A DNA stretch of 63,910 nucleotides, counting the filler, from Squatina squatina (taxonomy: Eukaryota): NCBI GenBank assembly GCA_031763465.1. It is 3 parts of 3 records of this genome, joined end to end, with 100 filler letters (N's around TTAATTAATTAA, not from the genome) between each part and the next. Parts side by side here need not be neighbours in the genome. Positions count along the whole stretch, not along the records: positions 1 to 24,684 come from JARFOE010000189.1; 2 more parts are not named here. One strand, written 5' to 3'. The translations under genes and the position numbers were made by a program. Under the pieces are notes generated by a model. The model was not told the DNA's origin, did not search any database, and saw only the letters and a list, made by a program, of their open reading frames with translations. This document shows positions 13,397 to 24,784 of this stretch, in pieces; position 1 is the stretch's first letter, and every line of letters begins with the position of its first letter.

Positions 13397-13750
13397 GCGC
13401 CGTGGTGAGGCAAATCCAGCGACGGACGCCAAATCCAGCCCCCTGTAGCGTCACCACTGCGAGTTAGCGGCAGGAACTTCAGCACCAGGTAGATCGTGAC
13501 GTCAGTGAGAATGCAACACTCACTGGGCGCTCAATCTGCAAAATTCATTGTTCCCACCTGCCTTAGCACCTCGCCCCGACAGCGACATCAAGCAGGTGGA
13601 TGCAGGCTCCAGGGGTGCTATTTAAAGGGATCATGAATAATGAGTCCCAGTGGTCAGGTTAGTGCTGTTTCACTGCTTCCTTATCAGTTTGACATTGTGC
13701 AACAGTTGAGTTCAGTTTTTTAAAGTTGTTTAGTCTCTGGAGCGTTGTGG
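13397..13750. mobile_element. GC-rich DNA-transposon-like fragment (probable Harbinger family)
   Basis: CpG-rich island with tgacgtca and atttaaagggatc motifs that resemble other such elements in the window. No ORF. Confidence 0.35.
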
Positions 13751-15519
13751 CTACTAAAAATTAGCGACATTTTTATTCTCACAAAATATCAAAGTGCTGC
13801 ACTAGAATGAGGTTCTGTAGCATCAATGAACTTCCACTTTAAGAACTGGAAAGAACCTGTGGCAATGATGATTTGTGATTAGATTACACCTGATGTTGCT
13901 TAGCGCCTTGACTCTAACGGCACTGAGCTAGGCCATTAGCACTTGATTTAGCACTCCAATCCTTTCTTTGAGGATTGAGAGTTAATTTTGTATGCAGCAT
14001 GTATCATTAGCGCCTGGAGCTAAATATCAAACTTTTCTGAAGTTACCGCCCATTCCTGGGCTATAATGAATTTCTCCCCCCATGGAGTTTGAGTCCTAAA
14101 AATGGGTGAGCTGGATGGACTGCGCAACCCTTTCTGACTCTTAAATTGTTTTATTCTTCTGCACAATATTCCAATTGCAATGATTAGTGAAAGGGCATTG
14201 TCATTTGTTGAATTGTATTGCAAATTGGTTAACCTGGTCGGGAAAGAAAGGAGATTAGAGGGAAGCAGTTAAGAGATGTGGTTTCACAATTTCACTCATC
14301 ACACGTTCTGCAAATATTTGCATAAGAATGTCTGGCAATTAAAACCTAAACTCAACAAAAGGCCCCTTGCTTCAGTTCTCAGTGCAGCAGATGCAGTCAC
14401 TGTGGGAGCACAAAGATTCTTGTGGTAACGTGGTACTAATAAAGTGGATTTCTCAGAACAAGCTTTGGCAGAATCTAAATCTTGCTGAAAACCCTTTGGA
14501 GAGGTGACAACACCTCTCCAATAACAAAACAAAAGGAAGTATTTCAGTTTAACATTTCTCAAACAGCACCCATAGAAACAGCAAACCCAAATAAGGATTC
14601 AATTCAAACATTAACGCTAATGTAGATTGGTCCATTCCATATTATTTCTCAAGGTAACAGCCCCTTTTGAAAAATGAGTTTTACACATTAAACATAACAT
14701 AAGCTTAAATTTAATTCTTACAATCTATTTGCAGATATGTCACTCTGCACATTTCAGTTTTAAAATCACAAAATGTTATCCTGCCACCACAAAGTCAAAT
14801 TCTCTTAGCCAATAAATTTCCAAAATTCTAATGGCAAGGACAAGGCATTCTATCTTAAACTATAAAATAGCTGTTACTATTAACACTTCATCATTCAGAT
14901 CTCTATTAATGTATTTTTACTACTGAATGTAATTGTTTTCATTTTTAGTAAATGAAGTTCTCACTGCAAAAATCACCAGGTCATTTGCTGCTGTTCAATC
15001 ACAATAGACCAAAGGGTGTAGTAGTCTTTATCAAAATGCTGTACTTGTTTGCTGAAGAGTTGGACAAAATTCATGTCAAATTGCATCACCGCATCTTTAT
15101 GCATATTGTCATTAGGACAAAAATCAGTCAGAGCTTCTCAGTTGTTCTCTCACACCCGCACCATGCCAAGTACCTGTAATTGATAGGCAACATGTGCTGT
15201 ATTATTACAACTTTGCTGGCCAGTTTAAGCCAGATATTTAACAAGTTGGTTAGCTTGTGACCTGGCGACCAAAATGACTTGTCTACAGACGAGGAAGAGG
15301 TCCAAGCCCCTCAGTGGCCTCAAGGAGGTCAAGGATGGCATCTCCAGCCAAACCCTGCCAATGAGGCACGGCTGCGACTCATATGCAAGTGACTCGCATA
15401 GCCTTCCCTGTCACATAACNNNNNNNNNNNNNNNNNNNNNNNNNNNNNNNNNNNNNNNNNNNNNNNNNNNNNNNNNNNNNNNNNNNNNNNNNNNNNNNNN
15501 NNNNNNNNNNNNNNNNNNN

Positions 15520-16161
15520 CCCCGACTACCAAGATCCACAGCGAGCCCCTGGACAATGTGGAACACTTTCCATCCCTTGGGAGCCTCCTCTCAGTGAGGG
15601 CAGACATAGACGTCAAAATTCAACACTGCCTCCAATGTGCCAGCACAGCCTTCGGCTGCCTGAGAAAGAGAGTGTTTGAAGATAAAGACCTCAAACCTGG
15701 TACCAAGCTCATGGTCTGCAGGACAGCAGTGATACCCACCCTCCTTTATGTGTCGGAGACATGGACACCTCAAAGCACTGGAGAAGTACCACCAACGCTG
15801 CCTCTGCAAAATTCTGCAAATCCACTGGCAGGATGGACATACCAATGTCATTGTCTTCTCTCAGGCCAACATTCCCATCATTGAGGCACTGGTCACACTC
15901 AACCAGCTGCGATGGGTGGGCCACATTGTCCGCATGCCCGACTCAAGACTCCCGAAACAAGCACTCTATTCCGAGCGTCGTCACAGCAAGCGATTACCAG
16001 GAGGGCAGAGGAAGCGCTTGAAGGAAGTCCTCAAAGCCTCCCTGAAAAAATGTAACTTCCCCACTGACTCATGAGAATCTCTGGCCCACGACCGCCCAAA
16101 CTGGAGGAGAAACATCTGCGAAGGCGCCAACCACTTCAAGCTTCTTCGGCGTGAGCAAGTG
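15520..16161 (+). mobile_element. RTE-clade (BovB-like) LINE, post-RT C-terminal region, frameshifted
   Basis: Peptides VEHFPSLGS…IPTLLYVSETWT and LRWVGHIVRMPDSRLPKQALYSE…GGQRKR occur in two frames. Bounded by gaps. Confidence 0.85.
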
Positions 16162-17140
16162 NNNNNNNNNNNNNNNNNNNNNNNNNNNNNNNNNNNNNNN
16201 NNNNNNNNNNNNNNNNNNNNNNNNNNNNNNNNNNNNNNNNNNNNNNNNNNNNNNNNNNNNNGTAGGACCTTCATTATCCTGTGTTGTTTCAAGGTTGGCA
16301 AAATGCACTGCTGAAAAAAAAAATCAATCTTGTCATGTAAATCATTCAAGAGGTAATAAATGCTGATGGAGCAGGAAATTCAATGTAGATGAGTGCTATC
16401 TTTTATACAATCAAATACCAATTAGTACAACATCGCTATTGAAATGTATTCATATTGAGCAAATGGAGGGTGTAATACATAGAGTAATGAAAATGTGGTT
16501 TATTCCACCAGTGAAAAAAACCATGACGATTTTATTCTTAAAAAGCTCAGTGCCATAAAAGCACAAATTGAATATAAGACAAAGCAACTGTGTTAAATAC
16601 ACTATTCTGTGGGAAAGTGATGAGTATGGCACATATGATGCGTACTTTGAATTTGAGCTTGGACTTGTTCCATGGATGCTGGTATCACTTGGAGGATATC
16701 CTGCAGGAACATGGAGGCTTGACCTTTGCTCTGGTAGCCATAACATTGCACGATTGAGATCCTCTCACTGTTGTGTAATCCTTAGCTGTCACACAACAAA
16801 TTGGCAACTTTTTGGTCACATGGGCCAATTTTCTGTTAAGGTACATGCAGGTCGGGGTTTGTGTGGACTTAAGTTGCTGTGTGCTGCAATTTGTGGCAGA
16901 AAAGTGTGGGTCAAAGATAGGTTGCACTGCCAGCCAGTGTCAGGCTCTTAATGAAACCGCACAGCAAGCTTCATGTTGTTTAGGTGAGCTCTGTCCACAG
17001 ATTCACCCCCCCCCCCCACCCCCCCCCCCCCCCCCCCCCCNNNNNNNNNNNNNNNNNNNNNNNNNNNNNNNNNNNNNNNNNNNNNNNNNNNNNNNNNNNN
17101 NNNNNNNNNNNNNNNNNNNNNNNNNNNNNNNNNNNNNNNN

Positions 17141-17690
17141 TGGCCCCGCCGTGACCCCTTATCGCAGCCGATGCGCCCGCGAGTAGAATTCGATTGTGGG
17201 ACTCGAGGGCGGAAGCCGGCGGTGGCAACGACTTCTTGAAACTGTTGTTGCCATGGCCTCGTAAAGTGGAGGGCGAGAGCGCCGGCGGCTGCCATGTGTT
17301 TGTGTCGGCCGACCGATGGCGGCCGTCGCCCTGACCAGGCCGCCATTCGCTTGCTCGGCATGCCAGTTGGCTTGCTGGGCTGGTGGTCCAATCAGCGGCA
17401 TCCCTGGTGGCCCAGTGGCGGTTATAGGGGTGCCATTTAATTGAGGAGGCAGGGCTGCATCTGACGTCAGCGCACTGGCCTCAGCAGTGTGCCGCTGATG
17501 CCATCAGCGCCGTGCTCCTGACGCTCCATCATCAACGCCGAGTTAACGCCCTGGAAATGAGGTCTGCCTCATTTCCGGGGCGTTAACTTGAATTCCGCGC
17601 CGGGAGAGATAGGTCCGGGGCCGGCACTATAAAACCTGGCCTCGGAGCCTTAATGCTCCCAACGCATCGCTGACGGATTGGGCCACTCAG
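17141..17690. mobile_element. GC-rich non-autonomous DNA transposon fragment with a 22-bp hairpin
   Basis: CpG-rich, no credible ORF. Inverted repeat at 17541-17562 and 17567-17588. Similar in style to 49158-49813. Confidence 0.45.
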
Positions 17691-18494
17691 GCCTCCGAAT
17701 TACAGGACCAGTGACAGAACCACTACAATACCATACCTAGTCGGAGCAAGAGAATAAATAGCCGAGAACTGATGATTGTGGTAATACTGTAATGATAAAT
17801 TAGGCAAGGACAAGAAAGGTTACACTGCAGAAAAAGATTACACAGCACTGTCAGGTCTCACCTTGAGGAGCACAGAATTCTGAGCTTTCTTTTTAAACAC
17901 TTGAAAAAAGATGACAACAAATTGAGAACCATGTGTACACATTGTGCTTTTTCAAGCAAAGCTAACAGTTGTGAAAATGACTCCAGCCTCAGCAGTTTTT
18001 ATAGGTTTTGCAGAGGTCAAACATTGAAAATAACAGCAGTGATGGCAACCCCACCCCTGCGCTTTTCTGATGTCTGCCTTTAAAGAATGTGTGGTTGTGT
18101 CATTGACGGGGCAGGACGACAGAGACCAGTGGAATTTGTATTCACTGCATAGCAGCTGTGAATGGTTATTTCAGCAGGGCAGAGTCCACAGAGGGAATGC
18201 ACAGCAATTCCTGACAACCAGCCACTCTCGGACCCTGCTTTAGGCTGTCAGAACTGCTTAGAGGCTGCTGTTCAGTGGTAGCTAACCGGAAACTAAGGAC
18301 GTTAACACTGCTTGAAAAGTACTGTTCGATGTGAATCTGGTTTTACCATCTTTCCTGGAGCTACTGCTGATGAAATGGTNNNNNNNNNNNNNNNNNNNNN
18401 NNNNNNNNNNNNNNNNNNNNNNNNNNNNNNNNNNNNNNNNNNNNNNNNNNNNNNNNNNNNNNNNNNNNNNNNNNNNNNNAGAAAGAAGCAACAG

Positions 18495-18670
18495 GCTTAA
18501 AACCTGTTGCATCTCATTTATTTATTTTTAAACCAGTTCTGACAAAAGGTCATCGACCTGAAACATTAGCTGCGTTTTTCTCTCTCCACAAATGCTGTCA
18601 AAGTGGCTGAGTATTTCCAGCATTTTATTTTTTTATTTCAGATTTCCAGCATCCGCAGTGTTTTGCTTTG
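18495..18670 (+). mobile_element. Penelope-like element terminal repeat with a decayed minimal hammerhead core
   Basis: CTGACAA-A-AGGTC-ATC-GACCT-GAAAC, followed by the tail ctctctccacaaatgctg…ttccagcatccgcagtg. Confidence 0.65.
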
Positions 18671-18848
18671 GTGCTATAACACTCATTCACCTAGAAATTT
18701 TATGACATCAAAATATCTTCAAACTGCTTTGAGAGTGGTGATTGCTATTTAAGCGAAGGCAACTGGCCTATACCAACAACAACAATGGTCGATTAGTTGG
18801 CTTGTTTACTGTTTTGGTGATGATTGAAGAAAGAACTGTTGTCACGAC

Positions 18849-18988
18849 CAATGTTCCCTCTAATTTTTTTTTTTCCCGAGGGCCTTCTTTGCTGCTCGGC
18901 ATCTCTCCCAGCGGCAGCAGTTGGTGAGCTGCCTGCGAGGGGCCTCATGACTAGTACGTGGCCACGCATCTTGGGGAGGGGAACATTG
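18849..18988. mobile_element. hAT-type MITE (140 bp)
   Basis: TIR CAATGTTCCC…GGGAACATTG. 8-bp TSD gtcacgac / gtcaccac (7/8 match). Confidence 0.8.
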
Positions 18989-19021
18989 GTCACCACACCA
19001 GCAGAAAGCCCCACTCACCCT

Positions 19022-19240
19022 CAATAGTGCCATGGAATCATTCGCACCTATCGGAACCACGTGTACAGGCTGAAATGGCCTCAGTATTAAATCTCATCCC
19101 TGTGACAGTGCATAGACAATATAGCACTGCTTCAGTAGTGCACTGGGATGCCAGCCGAGATTATGATCCCAAACGCCAACATGCAGCTTGAATGTGCAAC
19201 TTCTGACCCAGAGGTCTGAATGGCACCAACCAAACCAAGC
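19022..19240 (-). mobile_element. tRNA-Deu SINE 5' half, decayed
   Basis: Reverse-complement similarity to the head and Deu region of 51340-51560. Confidence 0.45.
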
Positions 19241-19349
19241 TGGTGCATAAACGTGCTTGCCTCTGGGGGCAGGGGCTGCCACAATGTCCAGCGCCGTTAA
19301 CATGACAGAAACTTTCCAGAGTGTTTTGGAGGCAACAATCAGACATTGA

Positions 19350-19900
19350 TGAGCAAGGTTATTGAACACAACAATGAAGTCAAGATAAACCTTTACAAAT
19401 CTCTGGTTAGCTCGCAGACGGAGTATTGTGTACAATTCTGGTCTTCACACTTTAGAAAAGATGCCAAGGCCTTGGAGAGGGTACAGAGGAGGTTTATCAG
19501 GATGATACCAGGGATGAGGGACTTCCGTTACTGTTCTCCTTAGAGCAGAGAAGTTTAAAGGGAGACCTAATAGAGGTATTCCAATTATGAGGGGTTTTGA
19601 TAGAGCAAGTAGGTAGAAAATGTTTCCTCTGGCAAACAGGTCGGTAACCAGAGATCATAGATTTGAAACAATTGGCAAAAGAACTAGAGCGGAAATTAGA
19701 AATTTTTTCACAAAGAGGGTTATTACGTTCTGGAATGCACTCCCTGAAAGGGTGGTGGAATCAGATTTTACAGGAACTTTCAAAAGCAATTGGACAAGTA
19801 CTTGAAGCGGACTAATTTACAGGGTTATGGGAGAAAACTCAGGTGTGGGACTAAATTGGACAGCTCAGGCACGATGGGTTCAATGGCCTTCTGTGCTGTC
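19350..19900 (+). mobile_element. CR1 LINE 3' fragment
   Basis: Peptides LYKSLV…EYCVQFWSSHFRKD…LERVQRRF and FFTKRVITFWNALPERVV, then a CR1/HER1-type tail (aatggccttctgtgctgt). Confidence 0.85.
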
Positions 19901-20274
19901 AGATTTGGATAAGGAAAGTTTAAATCTCCACGTTGTCCCCACAATCTCCTGCTACAACTCTGGTAGAAGATCAGTGGAATCCCTGAAGAAATTGTGCAAA
20001 TATACATTTCTAGCCATTTATGGTGTTTCGCTGGAATTGGGGGGCGTTCTGCTAATCTCCTGTCAGAGGACCCCTGTAGAAATTCCAAGCGATAGAGTGT
20101 TACACAGCTATAAAGTCTGTTCACACTTTGGAGACACCATACATTAACAGGGCCATGGCCATTTTTGGCTTGGANNNNNNNNNNNNNNNNNNNNNNNNNN
20201 NNNNNNNNNNNNNNNNNNNNNNNNNNNNNNNNNNNNNNNNNNNNNNNNNNNNNNNNNNNNNNNNNNNNNNNNNN

Positions 20275-21055
20275 CAGAAAACAGAGTAATGGTTAATGGA
20301 TATTTTACAGACTGAAGTGATGTAACTGTTGATATTACAACAGGTGTGGGTGTTGAGACTTCTTCCCTATATATATATATATATATAAAGATGATCTGGA
20401 ATGGCACATTATCAGAATTTGACAGTGACACAAAAATAGGGAGCATGATTAACTATGAAGATAACTGTAAGAAATAGGATTAAGTGCACAAAAGCAAAGA
20501 AGTAATGTTAAATCTATAAAAATCATTGGTTAGAGCACAGCTAGAATATTGTATTGAGTTTTGGAAGCCTTACTTTAGGAAGGATTTCAAGGGCATATAG
20601 AGGGTGCAGAAGAAATTCACTAAAATTATACCAAATATAAAAGGCTGCAGTTAATGAGGTGAGACGGGAGAAATTAGGGCTCTTTTGATTAGAAGAAAGG
20701 GGGTTAAGAAGAGTTCTGATAGAGTTGCTTATAATGTTGAATGGTTTTGATAAGGTGAATAGGGGAAAACTGTTTCAACTGGTTGGCGAATTGGTAACTA
20801 GTGGACATAAGTTTAAGATCATCACCAAAACAATAAAGGGAGAGGTTAGGAGAAATGTTTTGGGCACATGATTGTTATGACATGGAATGACTCACCAGAA
20901 ACGATGGTGGAAGCAAAATCCATAATAGGTTCTAAAAGGGCAGTCAATATGTATTGGAAAAAAGGGCAGGGAAATGAGACTAAGTGAATGTGAATAGCTT
21001 TTTCAGCAGGCCAGCACAGGCATGATGGGCTGAATTGACTCCTTGTGTGCTGCAA
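20275..21055 (+). mobile_element. CR1 LINE RT/3' fragment, highly decayed
   Basis: Remnants of QRVMVNG, LEYCI.FW and RVQKKFTK, ending in the same 3' tail family. Many stops and frameshifts. Confidence 0.75.
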
Positions 21056-21842
21056 AGTAATTTAGTTTGCCCACTAAATTAGGAGCGAGAGGAATTTAGA
21101 AAAATGTGTTTGTAATTTCAGGATTAAGGTAATTGTGCTGAAACACTTGAATGGATTAATAATTTGAAGAATATAATCAATGGTCTTATATTCATGCAAC
21201 CTATAAATCATGCGCTTGGGGGAAAATGTTCTCAATTATTTTCTGACTACAGGCCATGAGTAATGGTTTTGTGGAAGCAGGCTTGAGTCAGGGTTAATAT
21301 GCAAGTGTATCCCTGTTAAATCTTGCCCAAGCTAGAAAGAGTTGTTCATTACTCATAACTGGCAAGCAAAGCAGGATTCTTTCTTAATGATCGAGAGCGT
21401 TTAGTCAAACACGATTAAGAATGGAAAGCTTTGGCAGCTGGTCAAACCTTTTGGCCATCTCAGTACCTGTTGCTAACCTCCAATTGTGACAGTTCTTGGA
21501 TATTGGAGTGTTCTTTCTTAAAAGCTCATGTTAAAGTGACCTTAAATTTGAATACAGTGTAAGTCGCTCTGCAGTGGGGAAAAGCAATAGAATGGGGTTT
21601 CCCCCCCCCATGACTGAATAACTTACAAAAAACACTTTTGGACAGTGCAATTTCTCGAAGAATGATCTAATCAGTAAACCATGAACGCCAGTTCCACCAA
21701 TCAGCATGCACCAGTAATAATGATGCTAAGGCAATTGCTAAGTAGCCAATGAGGCAGTTGACAAGCTGAAATCCCCCAAACCCTGTTAATGCAATTGTGC
21801 AGTGCACAATGTTGTGCTTCATGGCTTAGCTGAAAGTAAAGT

Positions 21843-22029
21843 GGGTAATTTCAAACTGAACCTGCCGGGCGGGAAACAGACGGGTTTGGGCCAAATGCCC
21901 ATTTTACACCCCACTCGATTTTATTCTTCATTGCTTTCAATAGAGAGTAATGTCAGGTGGGGTGTAAAACAGGCGTCCGACCTGAACCCACCCATTTCCT
22001 GCCGGCTGGGTTAAGTTAAAAAGACCCCC
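21843..22029. mobile_element. Palindromic MITE (~185 bp)
   Basis: Long imperfect inverted repeat (ttttacacccca / tggggtgtaaaa; gccgggcgggaaa / tttcctgccggc) around a central cattgctttcaat. Confidence 0.6.
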
Positions 22030-22874
22030 TAAGAATGTATCCTTAAGGCCCTGTGCTCAACCCGCTTGGCAACTCTTTCACTTTTTGTAAATATATGTCA
22101 ACATAATTGTTCATTGAAAGCCAGACCATGCTGTTCTTGCACCCGTAACTGTGGAACATGAATGTTAAAATATCACCTTTACTTATGCTGGTGCAAAATT
22201 ATAACAAGCTAAGATGACTGTACGGCACATTTTTGTGTTTACTGCACGCGGAAAAAACCTCAGCTCCTCCCCTGTCACCGAATCCCAACATTAACTGTAA
22301 TTTGCCATATAGCCCCAGAACACGTCGCAGCCCTGAAATTGTGTGCTATATTATTTCAGCGCTTTGTTAAAATCCTGAGCCTGAGCCACAATTGCGTTGC
22401 ACTGATTTTTCCATGAAGTATTTTCATTAATGGAGCTATAATTCAGTGCAGTCAACCCTGTGTTCCTCGCCAATATTTACCGTCAGACTCAACAAATCAC
22501 AGTGCCGGCCCTCGTTCACGATTTGCAAATCTTTATGTTCCCTTAACCATAACTCATTAAAAGAAAAACATCTGCAATTAATCAGGCAGCATTCTGAAAG
22601 CCAAGGTACTTATTTTGCCTTGGGACTGCACTGTGTCATTGCTCTCGCTTGGCATTGCACTGCACTGAGGGACAAACACTAGATTGTTCCAACAGAACCT
22701 CAAGGTTTGAACCAGCTCCAGTTTTCTCAAAGTGAATTTAATGTGGGCGTCTCCTGCCTGCATTTTGACACGAACATCTCTCCAAGTCCTTCACGCCATC
22801 TCCACTAAATTATATCCTGCTCGGAGAAGAGATTAAATGAGAAAAAATGGGCAAAATCCCGAAGACAAGATGAG

Positions 22875-23046
22875 TCATTTTAACTCTTATCACTGGACGA
22901 AAAACAGGAGGCCAGGAATCGGCAGCCAATGTTACAATTTGGCTGCCTTGCTTTTCCATTGAAGTCAATATGGGGCAAGAGGTAACGCGCGCTCCCGATT
23001 CACTAGCTCCCCTTTCCGGTCAGTGATGAGAGTTAGAATTAACCCC
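22875..23046. mobile_element. Palindromic MITE, related to 21843-22029
   Basis: Arms taactcttatcactg / cagtgatgagagtta around a central ccattgaagtcaat. Confidence 0.55.
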
Positions 23047-23074
23047 AAGTGAAGTGAGGCCAATGAAGAGCAAT

Positions 23075-23244
23075 TCATAGAATCGTAGAAACTTCGAAAT
23101 TTACAGCCCGGTAGGAGGCCATTCGGCCCATCGTATCTGTTCCAGACAAAGAAGAGCGATCCAGCCTAATCCCACTTTCCGGCTCTTGGTCCGTAGTCCT
23201 GGAGGTTACAACACTTAAAGTGCATATCCAAATACTTTTTAAAT
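23075..23244 (-). mobile_element. CR1 LINE 3' tail
   Basis: The minus strand reads FKKYLDMHFKCCNLQDYGPRAGKWD, then gggccgaatggcctcct. Homologous to 55390-55550. Confidence 0.8.
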
Positions 23245-24084
23245 NNNNNNNNNNNNNNNNNNNNNNNNNNNNNNNNNNNNNNNNNNNNNNNNNNNNNNNN
23301 NNNNNNNNNNNNNNNNNNNNNNNNNNNNNNNNNNNNNNNNNNNNTTAGCATTCCTATTCGTGCCACTGGGTTTATTTGTTTAAATTCGGTGGCCCAATGG
23401 TTTTGGAAATGTCAGGTCTCAATGATGCACAATCATTGGTGAATTTATGTCTGCCAAAAGTTAGATCAGCTGAAACCAAACTTGAAATAATTATTACCAA
23501 GTTAATTTACTAAGGGGCTGACAGTTGCTAAGGTTATTTCATTTTAATTGCTCGCCTGAGAGACTTTTCATTTTCCAGGAAACAGATGTTTCCATCATAT
23601 TTCTTTCAATAAAAATGATATTATTCAGAAACCTAACTCTGCATAAGGACACTGTAATGGGTAAAGGGTGGAACACAAGTGGATGTAGCAAAGGGGAACA
23701 GTGCACTTGGAGCACTTCCAAAGGCAGAATGACTGAGGTGTGAGTAAAGGTGAAGGATTATCTCACTGGAAGTTTACAAAAAATAATTTCAATAGGTGAT
23801 AATCCTAGTAGATTACACAAAAGTGCAACAGGTGCCAATGATTCTTAAGTGAATGACTTTTTGTGGAGGCTCTGGGTTCACTGTCACTCTGCAAACTGTA
23901 ATTTAAACTAGTTGCACTTTAGTTAGTTTCTTCTCAGCACTCATTTCAATGAGTAATAAATCAATATTTTGGTTCTGTTGAAGGNNNNNNNNNNNNNNNN
24001 NNNNNNNNNNNNNNNNNNNNNNNNNNNNNNNNNNNNNNNNNNNNNNNNNNNNNNNNNNNNNNNNNNNNNNNNNNNNNNNNNNNN

Positions 24085-24684
24085 AAGTCCAACAAAAATG
24101 CAAAGAGCAGCATCAACCTCTGCACATGGCCTTCTTAGACCTAACAAAGGCCTTTGACACTGTCAACCGGGAGGGATCGTAGAGTGTCCTTCTCAAATTT
24201 GGCTGCCCGCAAAAATTCAGCACCATCCTTCGCCTGCTCCATGATGACATGCAAGCCGTGATTCTCACCAGTGGATCCACCACAGGCCCAATACAAGTGA
24301 AAACTATGGGCAAGCAAGGCTGCGTCATCGCACCAACGCTCTTCTGCATCTTCCTCGCCGTAACACTCCACCTCATCTCTGTGAAGCTCCCCGCTGAATT
24401 GGAGCTAATCTACAGGATGAGCGGGAAACTGTTCAACCTCTGTCGCCTCCAGTCCAGAACCAAGATCACACCTCTGTCATCGAGTTGCAGTATGCAGACG
24501 AGACTTGCGTGTGCACACACTCGAAGGCCGAGCTCCAAACCATCATCGACTCATTCACTGAGGTGTACGAGGCAATGGGCCTTACGCTAAATATCCGAAA
24601 GACAAAGGTCCTTTACCAACCTACCCCCACGGTACAACACTCCCCCCCGACTATCAAGATCCACAGCGAGACCTTGGACAACAT
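24085..24684 (+). mobile_element. RTE-clade LINE reverse-transcriptase core fragment (inactive)
   Basis: Motifs AFLDLTKAFDTVNR, KQGCVIAPTLF and LQYADE, with an in-frame stop and a frameshift. Confidence 0.88.
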
Positions 24685-24784
24685 NNNNNNNNNNNNNNNN
24701 NNNNNNNNNNNNNNNNNNNNNNNNNNNNTTAATTAATTAANNNNNNNNNNNNNNNNNNNNNNNNNNNNNNNNNNNNNNNNNNNN
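24685..24784. other. Artificial scaffold spacer (44N-TTAATTAATTAA-44N)
   Basis: A six-frame stop 12-mer at 24729-24740, centred in a 100-nt gap. The same construct occurs at 51782-51881. Confidence 0.95.

Noticed and set aside
17005-17040. Poly-C tract encoding poly-Pro/Gly
   Set aside because: Low-complexity contig end next to a gap, possibly a sequencing artefact.
18090-18379. Possible ABLIM1 first exon ending in ATGGT before a gap
   Set aside because: Only synteny suggests it. No identifiable coding sequence is visible.
24729-24740. TTAATTAATTAA as a biological motif (homeobox or PacI-like site)
   Set aside because: It is centred in N runs at two places with identical geometry, so it is a synthetic linker.
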